Assembly (NCBI GenBank): GCA_002633005.1
Contig: NMRA01000150.1
Span: 136,246 to 200,245 of the forward strand
Direction of reading: 5' to 3'
DNA length: 64,000 bases
DNA from: Phoronis australis
Taxonomy: Eukaryota > Animalia > Phoronida
This document shows positions 53,545 to 64,000 of this stretch, piece by piece. Position 1 is the stretch's first letter, and each line of letters starts with the position of its first letter. Both the position numbers and the translations under genes were made by a program. The notes below the pieces were generated by a model. It did not search any database and was not told the DNA's origin. It saw only the letters and a program-made list of their open reading frames with translations.

Positions 53545-55770
53545 TAGTTTCTTGGTACAACCACTTATTTGTTTTAAACACACAGGCTTCTGCAAGCGGC
53601 TAATGAAAAGCTCATATTTTCCACAACAAACTCATTACTGTAACCGTTATTTATCATAATTTGCTTGATGCGATTACACTCAGTGTTAAAGGTTTCCCAG
53701 TCTGAGCAAGCAGAATATACTCTTTTCAAAAAGCTGGTCAAAATAGAGAGCTTACAGTATATCTCAGAGGACATTGGCTGGTTTCATGGAAACAAACACC
53801 ATCATATGTTGGTTTCTTGTATACTGAGGTTTTAATGCCATATTCAGCATAATCAACAAGTGCATCTAAGAACGGAATCTTGTTGCTGACTGGTAATTCA
53901 TGCGTGAATTTTAATACACAATTTTGCTCTAAATCGAGTTTGATCTCCATCAGCTTATCATAGTTGACAATCATAAAAATATCATCAACCTACCTGCAGT
54001 ACATGTTCGGCTTTTCTTGAAGGTATTACAAAAGATATGATGGAACCCAGTACCTCAGTATGTCAGGAGTTTCGGTTTTTGTTATTAAAGCTTCAAGAAT
54101 TTTTACACGGAAGATATCCAGTTCGAAATACCTAACGATGGTATTGTCAACTATGTCGGAATGGGACATTTGCTTTTTATGGAGTGTTTGAAAGTGATCT
54201 TTAATGGAACCATTTTGCAGATGCATAATTAGACAACCTGCGAGACAAAGTACAAGTTGTTTAGCAAACATATCTTGAACTATCAGTGTTATACATTCAC
54301 TGTGAGAGCAAGTGAATTGATAAATCAAGTCAGTTTTGGCGAACATTTGAACTGACTTTGTGCACATATTGTTTTTCACCATAAGATCTTTAGTTGGTTT
54401 TGGAAATATATAATGAACGAAAGGCTATATTCTGGTTTAACAGTCTTAACATTATTGTGGATGATCCGTTTCAAAACTCGTTCATCTTCAATATAATGTG
54501 AATGGAATTGGTTGCAATAGAATTGTTTTTTGGTACAATCATCTATTTATTTTAAATATCTAGGCTTATGTAAGCGGCTGAAGAAAAGCTTCATATTCTC
54601 ATCAACAAACTTATTACTGTAACCGTTATTAATCATAATTTGCTTGATGCGCTTACACTCCTCAGAGTTAAAGGTTTCTCAATCTGAGCATGCAGAATAT
54701 GCTCTTTTCAAGAAGCTCGTCAGAGCAGAGCGCTTATATTTCAGAGGACATTGGCTGGTTTCATGCAAACAAACCCCCATCATATGTTGGTCTCCTATAC
54801 GCAGAGGTTTTAATGCCAGATTCATCATAATCAACAAGCACGTCTATGAACGGAAGCTCGTTGGTGACTGGTAATTCATGCGTGAATTTTAATACGGAAT
54901 TTTGCTCAAAAGGAAGTTTGATCTCCATCAGCTTATCGTGGTTAACGATCATAAATATATCACCAACATACCTGCAATACATGTTAGGCTTCTCTGGAAG
55001 ACTATCAATAGCCTTAGTTCCAAGGTTACACATGTAAAAGTCAGCAACAGTTGGTCCGAGAGGTGATCCCATTGGTTTGTAATAAATACAACTTGCTGTC
55101 AATGTTTCTAAATGGCACTATTGTCGTATAAAGTAATAGCAAATCTTGTAGTACCTCTTTAGGAATATTTGGAAGAGCCATTGATACACGACTATACATC
55201 GAAGAAATGATGATTTCTACAGTTTCGGCAACAGGGACGTTAGTGAATAGACTTTCAACATCAAGAGATGTGGCATAGGGATTTGGCCATGCATCAATAG
55301 ATTGCAATAAAACTAAAAACTCATCCCGAGATTTGACATTGTTAAGATGCTTCTGGAATTCCTTAAGTTGGATCTGTTTTTGTCCCTTCTGCCTTGAGTT
55401 GGTCTTTAATGTTCTTATTAACATTAACAAAGCCATCTTTCTCAAGGTTTTCAATATCTTGGTATAGTTTTTCAAGTTCAATATTATTTTTGGACAAATC
55501 AAATCGAGGTTTAAGGTGTACGTTCATCGCCAATGACAAAAATTTATGTTCATCTTCTGTAAGTTGATGAGCGGACAAATTCATGTATGTTTTCCGCTCT
55601 TGTGGTTTAACTATAGCACCTTTATATAAATTTTCAAGCTTTTTCATGATCGTGTTTGTTGACTTCATCTGCTCTTTTTCAGCATAAGAGTGGATACATT
55701 GCAAAATTTCATGCATCAAGTGCCCTTTTTGCGTTTTAATTCCTGGCTTCGCAGTAGAGACATTGAAGCT
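53545..55770 (-). mobile_element. Decayed Penelope-like retroelement (RT plus C-terminal GIY-YIG) followed by a tandem partial RT copy
   Basis: NLSAHQLT..LSL, SLDVESLFTNVP, PMGSPLGP, YCRYVGD (YVDD site), LPFIDV, then GIY-YIG (54026-54382). Second RT 3' part at 53545-54020. Multiple frameshifts and a deletion. Confidence 0.9.
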
Positions 55771-57722
55771 CCTATAGGCACTTCGTACGCCAGAAGATTT
55801 TCGGCGAATTATGCTTCGCACTGACAAAAACATCAATGCTACGTTGTTCTAAATACCTTTTGTGCATAGAGGGACACCTTAGGAGGTCGATGATGTATTT
55901 AATTCCTTCCAACTCAAACAAATACTCCTATAAACTTTTTCTTTGAGCAGTCCCTCGTTCAGTTCCCAAAATCGGTAACTCACCATTTTGAACACTGCAC
56001 GCACCAGCCGCCAGGGGATATTACGTCTTTCCACCTGGCGCGCAGTGTTAAAAATGATGAGTTACCAATTTTGGGAACTGAACAAGGGACTGCTCAAAGA
56101 AAAAGTTTTATTAACTGAGTATTTGTTCGAGTTTGAAGGAATTACAAACACCGACGGCCTCCCAAGGTGTCCCTTTGTGAGCAAAAGGTATTTATAACGT
56201 GATGTTTTAGTCAAACTCCACTTTTTTGGTCACAGTTAACTTTTTCACCATGGCGCGACAACCACAAAGTATTTCAATTCAACTGAGTTGCGCGAGTCAG
56301 ACAAAATTTGACTTGAGACTGAGCAATGCCTGTGACGTTGGCGCAACACTTGCAAAATAGGATGGGAAGGTATCAGGTGAAATTTGTAACATTTGTGTCC
56401 CTTGGACTTTTTATTCGTCAACATGCGATATTTCACGTAACTTCCTCAAAATGGCACCCCGTAAGAGAAACTTGAGCAACGATTTGTTCAAATTATCTTG
56501 ACTGAATCGTCTCCAGACTTATGGTATGTGTTAATTATAACTCCATGTGCATTATATGCATGTTTCATTGGATTTTATTTCCTGTATTTTGAAATTCGTA
56601 ACTTTTTTCTCCTGTATGCCTGAGCCATCCAGGGCGATGTAATGGCCTACTTTCCACCACAGGCGTCCTCAGCTTCTGAACGTCCCCAATACATTATATA
56701 TATGCTACAAGGTATGACACTCGGGACAACAAATTCCGCGGGTGCTTCACTTCAGCTGTCCATATCAAACGCAAAACAGGGTTTCAACAAACCATTAGCA
56801 TTCTTCTAATACCATTCATGGTGTCCTGCTCCAGCGAGAATTGCAACAAATTTGCGGTCAAAGCAAAAAACTATTCTGAAAAAGCCCACGCATCGGTCCT
56901 CCATTGACGGTTGGAGATGAAGAGGTCAAGGGACGGTACGGTAATTGCCAATTTGTCACGGAGTGTCACGACATCGATAGCTCCACACTTAGCCGCCAGG
57001 AGAAAAAATACGATTACTTCCATAAACAAATCCCTGACTTGATGCCTGTGAGTTGCGGAGACATCATATAAAAGTTTATCTAATTATCACTGTCTATGAT
57101 TATAGATCATATAAAAAAGGGCACTGATGAAACCAACTTCTAATTCCGCGTTTTCAAATTTTTCGCACTTACCTAGACGATTTCATAACCTTCCATGACA
57201 AATCGGTAATTGCCGTACCATCCCTTGACCTCGAACCGTCAAGGGACGACTGATGCGTCGGCTTTTTGGGAACACGTTTGTGCTTTGACCACGAATTTGT
57301 TGCGATCTCGCTGGAGCAGGGCACCGTGAATGGTATTAGCAGAAAGAACAACTGCTAATGGTTAATTGAAACCCTGTTTTGAGTAAATTTATTGAGTTTT
57401 GTGTTTGATATGGACGGATGACGCACCCATGGAATTCCTTGTCCCAAGTGTCATACCTTGTAGTATTATATGTAGTGTATTGGGGACGATCAGGAGCTGA
57501 AGACGTCTGTGCTTCTGATCATCCCCAATATACTATATATAATACTACAAGGAATGACACTTCAGACTATAAATTCCACAGGTGCTTCACTTCAGCCGTC
57601 CATAGCAAACAATTTCCGTTTATCCGTAACTCATCGGATAATTCCGTACCCTGCGCGTGAGACCAGGGAGTTACTCTGGACAAGCTTTTTGGGAAGATTT
57701 TTGTGCTTTGACCACGAATTTC
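55770..57722. repeat. Unidentified repeat in alternating inverted copies (foldback cluster)
   Basis: 55840-56000 pairs with 56040-56200; 56655-56980 with 57178-57510; 57410-57495 with 57511-57605. Confidence 0.8.
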
Positions 57723-58489
57723 TTGTAAAGCAGACTTTTACCCAATTTCTCATGGTTTGTTTGTGACAGAGACTTTATGATGTGTTAGGCAGCGTTGTGT
57801 GTTTCTCTGTTTCAACGAAAACCCATATTTGTGAACATTGATGTTATACATAAAATAATCTTTCTATTGAAATAAAATTTATATTGAGCACGTCAAAGTG
57901 ATAATCATAACTCACAAAACAGATCCATTCATTTCCGCAAGAGTAATTTAACTACCTGAGAATCGACTCTATAAATTATCAGAAAAATACTTTTGTAAAG
58001 TGTGAATTTGTTAGTTTTATAATTGTTGTCATACCGGTTAGCGCAGTATGCATACGGCCAGTAAGACTTATAAAAAATGTAGAATTTTGAGAGAAAACCA
58101 AAACACGTCTTATCTTGAAAAGAAATTCGGCTGAAACTCCTGTTGTATTACTGCACAGGTTCACTAGTTATGCCTCACGGAGAGTACTTACAATGTACAG
58201 CCAATCTGTACGGCTGAAAGCCTACACAACCAGCTTTCACCAAGGTCCAGATTTGACAGGCCCAGTTCCCGGGTTTGATGTTTTTATGCTGGTGCCATCC
58301 GGGAAACTATCACATGGACGAATCACAGGACAGCACAGGACAAGGACAAGGATTAATAATGTTTACTATTACAAACGCTGAAAACCAAACGCCGCATCAA
58401 ATGCAATACACTAAAAATTAACCAATGAGAATACACCACAAAGAAATGTTTATAAACGTCATACACCACTGGCACTGTTGACATCAAGC

Positions 58490-60856
58490 TTAAAGACCCT
58501 AAATAACGGCCAAATGACTTTTGAACATGTTAAATATCTGTATCATTGATCGACACAAACATATCATCCCTCCCTTTACTCCTGACATTAGCTAATTGCG
58601 CCAATTACTATCGTACGACCCCATCATGAACCCCATTTAGCGCCGAAAAAAAACTTTAGGTGGCGCTCGTTCTAATCGACGCAAATGACATCATCGTTTG
58701 TACCCAAGACGTATCGAACAGTCCGTTGCCACAGGAAGCTTACCTTATGGTGTGTGGTGCATATTTCAAGTCACAGATTTTCAAAATTACAACTGTTAGA
58801 GACAACCAAGCTCAAATACTATACAACACTTTCTTGACACTTCCACGTGCATGTAATATCCTACAACTCACTGTCCCTTGATAGTTTAGCATTGCCGAAG
58901 ACAGTAGCGCGTTCTCGGTAGGGACCACTTACTCAGTCTAACATTAAATGCTTATTCACAAAGACGTCAGGATTTAACAAACAGATTTAACGAATAGGGT
59001 CCCTGCGTGCATTGGGGGACAGGTTGCAATGAATGGAGATTTATCGGACCCACGGCAACATCCTGGCGGAATGCGTAACGGAGAATTAATTTGTTTGTAG
59101 TCGCTCCATGATAATTACGGGATTATGTTGGGGAGTAAGTCGGCGTTACACATCTTAACGAATCGAAAGGCTCACTCGCAGCATGATGAAAAAGAATGAC
59201 CCGAGACTTTTCGCACTAGGGTTAGAAAAGTATAATACCTTGCAATGGACGGACGTTCAATGAAAAGTACTGCAAAATGGAAGATTAAGAAAATGCATAA
59301 ACAACGTTTGGATGGATTAGCGCCGTGTATGTTCAAGCCAGAGGAATCTGAGTAAAGTGAAACAGAAAGGGAAACTTACCGGCCAATTGTCACGGAACTC
59401 GCTACGGACCGTCATTTGAAGACAAAGGCAATTTACACAAATCATACAAAACTTAACCTGTAACTGACGCAGCTAGCTGCACGCCGATTAGTGAGACCTG
59501 CAGGAAAATCTAAGCAATTGAGGTGGAAACAAAATATTGAGCAAAAAGGACAAAGTTAGCGCTGCGAATAGGTTGCCATATTTAAACTATTGTTCGATTT
59601 GAAAGACCAATTGCGCAAGGCATTTTATACTTTGAAGTCAGGGAAATACGCCGTTCCCATCGACATGCTGACTGCACACTTTTTACAGTGCGTGCCTCCA
59701 AAGTGTACCCAAAGCCGTACTGCCCGACGTTCACGTGCGGGGTTTGTAAGTACACCCTTTCCCGATGTTAATTTCAAAGAATGTGCCACAAGACTCAAGT
59801 TGAATCAGCGCTATCTTATCGTCACATGCATTCGAGTATAAGCAACACCCAAGCACTTAATCGAGCCAAGCCAGAGCAATATTTTATTTAGAACGGCCGC
59901 CGTACTCTTTTGATGTGCGACTTGGGAGGTGTGCACCTCTACGTTCCCACCGCTGGAGTACGTGATACATTGGCTGCAACATGTGAGTGACAGATGACTC
60001 ATATATATGTCATGCGTACTGTCCCAGAAAAGAGCGCTTGAGAATTTGTTGTCGACTTATTTTTACTCTGATGCAAGACAAGTTGTGACCGTCGTTTGGC
60101 AAGTAACAGCCAAGGGTTGTCATCTTTACGTTTGTTTTTTGCGATAAAAATGAGACGTAGGCTACATTCACCCACACCGTTATTGACGACATTTCTGAGC
60201 CACGATCGTATAAAATGGTACCGACCATGTCGCGGTGATTTATTGCCGAGGATGTTGTTAGTGGATAATCAAGACATCTTACGTGAAAAATAAGTATTTT
60301 TTCAACCACAGAGTTCGGTAAGTTTGCCGTTGTCAGATTCAGTATGAAACGTAGCTGTTGTAGGACCTTTTATGTGGGTCCAAATATTTCGAAAATTGGT
60401 TTGTCCTGGGTCGTGAGTGAATCGATAGCAGTCCCTATCTGAGATCTACGCCACTGTTCGATTCGAAGTGTGCTTTGCCTGACACCATTGTTTTGCTTAG
60501 TAATATTGCATTATCAGTCGACATTGATGCCTAACCTCGGCGATGCTTCTAATTGGTGACGTTCCTTGAGCAAACTACTTTGTTTTTTACTGTCCCAGCA
60601 GCCGATCAGGTGCTCACTACAGGTTGTGGTTAGCGCGGTAATGTGTTGCTCGCTCTCAACGATGATGTCAATAGGCCAGCCTACTGTGATTCGTCGAGAG
60701 AATAAAAGGGGTTTCTGATGGGGGCACATAATATGGGGGACACAAAATGCGTAGTAATTAGTTAGTGGTTGTGTGGAATAAAACGAAACAAAGATATGTT
60801 GCACAAAAGTACATGTATTTAACAAAAGACAGTTGGCTCATTTTAAAGGGACTTTA
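58490..60856. mobile_element. Kolobok-like non-autonomous element related to 45723-48009, inverted
   Basis: TTAAAG...CTTTAA ends; shared subterminal CCCCATCA.GAACCCCATTTAGCGCC. Confidence 0.55.
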
Positions 60857-61358
60857 AGATTAAGTAACAGCTGAAAACCTAAACAAAGTTCGAGGACTCC
60901 TGTTACATGTTGAACCTATGTTTTGTGTAAATTTATTGAGTTTTACGTTTGTCATAGACGGCTGAAGTGAAGCACCCGTGGAATTTCTAGTCCAGAGTGT
61001 CATACCTTGTAGTATTATATAGTGCATTAGGGACGAACAGAAGCTGAGGACGCCTGTGGCTGTCTAGGCAATGACCATCGCCTCTGTTGGCTCGAACCAG
61101 AGGCGATGCAGAGGCTATAGGTGCTCTGTACGCCGGAAGCTTTTCAGCGAATTATGCCTCGCACCGACTAAACCATCAAAGTCACATTGTTATAAATACC
61201 TTTTGCGCATAGAGGAACATCTTAGGAGGTTGTCGATGTGTTTACTTCCTTCCAACTCGAACAAATACTCCCGTTATGAAACTTTTTCTTCGAGCAGTCC
61301 CTAGTTCAGTTCCCAAAATCATGAACTCGCCATTTTTATACTGCGCACGCTCGCTAGG

Positions 61359-62751
61359 CAGGGCTCGACGTAACGAGCTGCAGGTCGCATTTGCGACCAG
61401 AAATTTGGAAATGCGAGCTGAGATTTTGGCCAGCTCGCATTAAGTTGTAAAATGCGACCTAGGAATTCCAACGTATGCGAGCTGAGTTTTTAAACTTCGC
61501 GGCAGATACCTGGGAAATATTGAGCAACTCGGGTGGTTCCGACCATTATTTGGATGTTTCCAAATCAAGTTCAGAAGAACATTCATTGAGAAAAGCACTC
61601 CCGATGACTTGTAAACATATCACATGAACAAGGGAATGCAGAATTGGTCTTTGACGCATTTTTTGACCAATACTTTCGGCTTTTTGCAAATTTCCGGACC
61701 TCGGAATAACATGTGATAATACGTCAGAAAGCAACGGTGTTGCTACTAATTCTTAAACAACGAAATTACCAAGCTTCGTGGTGGAAAAATATTTATTTTT
61801 CATAGGTGTCCTTAACATCAAATTACGGCAACACCCACGGCAATATGCCAGATAGCACTGCGGCACTGGTTGGTTCCACTATTAGCGCCGGAAAGCGGTC
61901 CCGCAGATGATCATCGTGACTTGGAAAAATGCGTCTCATTTTTTATCGCGAAAGACAGCAAATGTGAAAATGACATCCGAATTAATCGCCAAACGACGGG
62001 CATGCCTTTACGCGCTTTCGGCAGAATAGTAGAAACCCGCACCGTCGGAAATCATTTCGAGGCTTTTTTATTTCATGAAAAACTAATTGACTACGTACCG
62101 GTAAACAGCATAAGTCCCACATTTTTTGTCGTGAAATTTGCAGTGAATTGTTTCCGCGTATCAACATGTCATTCAGCGAGTAGGGCAACGTTTCACGAAT
62201 TTCTTCCAACAGGATGTTTTTTAAAACGTCAAGTTGAAAAGTTTGGCCTGCGAACAAATGGAAGGAATTCACACTCAGAGTTATCAATCTTTGGATCTTT
62301 AACGACTTTGATGACAGTCGTATAGCAAGTCAGTCCTAGAAAAATCGCGGATACTTTTTCAACAAATATTTTCTTCTTTTTCACTTTGCACGCTCAGCTA
62401 ATCGAATGTATGTGTCGGTTAGAGAGCACTGATTTAACTTTCACGTCGGCAACTGCCTTGCGCTCCAGGGTCTTTCACTGGATGGCGCCAGTGAAGAATT
62501 GTAATGCGGTGCATGCATGATATGCTTGTAAGAACTCAGTTTTGCGACATGACATTTGTGAGTATTTAACGTCGCAAGAGCATAATCTAGGCATTTTCTG
62601 ATGACGTAAAATCCAATTTTGGTCCGTAAAAATGGCAAGAAATTTTCGCGACCTGGACTTTATGAATGCGAGCTGAATTTTGAAAATGCGACCTAGGATT
62701 TTGGCTTGGTCGCAAAATGCGATCTGGCGATTTTCATATCGTCGAGCCCTG
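61359..62751 (-). mobile_element. hAT-like family E, copy 2
   Basis: TIR CAGGGCTCGACG; perfect 5-bp TSD CTAGG. Confidence 0.88.
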
Positions 62752-62865
62752 CTAGGTGATGTGAATTCATGAACTCAATCTTTAAATAGGCCAAAGGTGA
62801 GCCATTGCAGTCTTGTCAGTCAAATGTTCGTTTCCAAAATGCCACCACTTATACTTGTCTTTAGA

Positions 62866-62985
62866 GGAGGCAGTGTGGCCCGGTCGATAAGTGCCCGCTT
62901 TCTTTACTCGAAGTCGTGGGTTCAAGTCCCACCAGGTCACACTGCCAAACCCTTGAGCCAGGTTTCTTGCTCCTCAGCTCGGTTT
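62866..62985 (+). mobile_element. tRNA-derived SINE head (truncated)
   Basis: A-box-like TGGCCCGGTCG, B-box GGTTCAAGTCC, then a CCCTTGAGC.AGG SINE-core-like motif; no intact cloverleaf. Confidence 0.6.
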
Positions 62986-64000
62986 TAACCATATATTAAT
63001 AAAGCATAAAAACATTTCCAGGTGATCAGTGCAATGGGCACACATGTGAGGCCTGCGCACGTCTGGTACAACGTGTATCAGACCGCCTGCAATTATTTTT
63101 TTTTACTTGTCTTTAATTGGCGTTACTTGAAACTGATTGTATTTCAATGAATCATTGTTTGTATTTGCTAAAAATAAATGCTGTTGATATGACATTTAAT
63201 AGTCTTTGTTCACATATTTGACATTTTAATGTTTAACAACATGGCAAATGCAGGGCTGGTTCCCGGCAGCACGTACGCGAAGGGCGGGAACTTCAGCTTT
63301 CAAAGTCCGCCGGTAGGTCCGCAACTTCTGACCTTCGGCCTGGTTAAAAAAATGAAAAAGTTGATTTCACGATTTTGGGAACTGAAATAGGGACTGCTCG
63401 AAGAAAAAGTTTCACAACGGGAGTATTTGTTCGAGTTGGAAGGAATTAAACACATCGACAACCTCCTAAGGTGTTCCTCTATGCGCAAAAGGTATTTATA
63501 ACGTGACTATGATGGTTTAGTCGGTGCGAGGCATAATTCGCCGAAAAGCTTCCGGCGTACAGAGCGCCTATAGCCTCTGCATCGCCTCTGGTTCGAGCCA
63601 ACAGAGGCGATGGTCATTGCCTAGTGCCATGGCATATGGTAGGGAGGACAATCGAAAAGTAGGTCACGGTGCTCCATATCTGCCTCCGTGTAAAACCCAC
63701 GTCGGTAAATTACCCGATTTCAGACTTCAAAGTTAACTATAAGACAATTTTGTGTTATAAATCGTTACCTTAGTCTTTATTTGTAAGTTTGTAATCTTTT
63801 TGTCTCAAATTATCGCTGATAAATCATTTTTTGTAAGCTTTTTTTAGCGCACGATTTTCCGTCATGCGATCAACTTTCGAAAAAGTACCTCTTGTTCCTC
63901 CTATCCAAAAGAGCATTATACTCTCAAATACAAACATGAAATTTGGACAGGATGTAGTTTAGATGCGTGCGCATCTCCTCAAGTTGTTTTCTCGAAGTCA

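Larger units (their letters stand above)
61065..63625. repeat. ~260-bp inverted repeat pair of the same unidentified family
   Basis: 61065-61325 is the reverse complement of 63368-63625; each arm contains the hairpin CATCGCCTCTG..CAGAGGCGATG. Confidence 0.85.

Noticed and set aside
62866-62935. Functional tRNA gene
   Set aside because: Acceptor and anticodon stems do not pair and a SINE-like body follows.

Overview
Eukaryotic (invertebrate animal-like) genomic DNA, intron-rich and full of transposon relics; not prokaryotic. On the + strand are 16 phase-consistent coding exons (6460-42720, about 1560 codons, 5' end outside the window) of a KAT6 (MOZ/MORF/enok-type) MYST histone acetyltransferase: double PHD finger, MYST domain, acidic region and Ser/Met-rich tail ending LNGMMRR. 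On the - strand, convergent with it, are three coding exons of the splicing factor BUD31 (48378-43885; first coding exon not found in the window). Introns contain nested DNA transposon relics (hAT-like MITEs with 5-, 6- and 8-bp TSDs, pogo-like and Harbinger-like MITEs, Kolobok-like elements, a decayed XPG-domain Academ-like element, Helentron/HINE-like repeats), a decayed Penelope-like retroelement cluster, a tRNA-derived SINE and minisatellites. Most notable: a MYT1/KAT7-type CCHHC zinc finger inside this KAT6, mostly on a 63-bp symmetric exon; a hAT-ended composite element carrying an Academ-like relic, present twice; and an unidentified repeat in alternating inverted copies at 55.8-63.6 kb. 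All calls were made by eye with no database searches. I found no clearly new biological system beyond these candidates.
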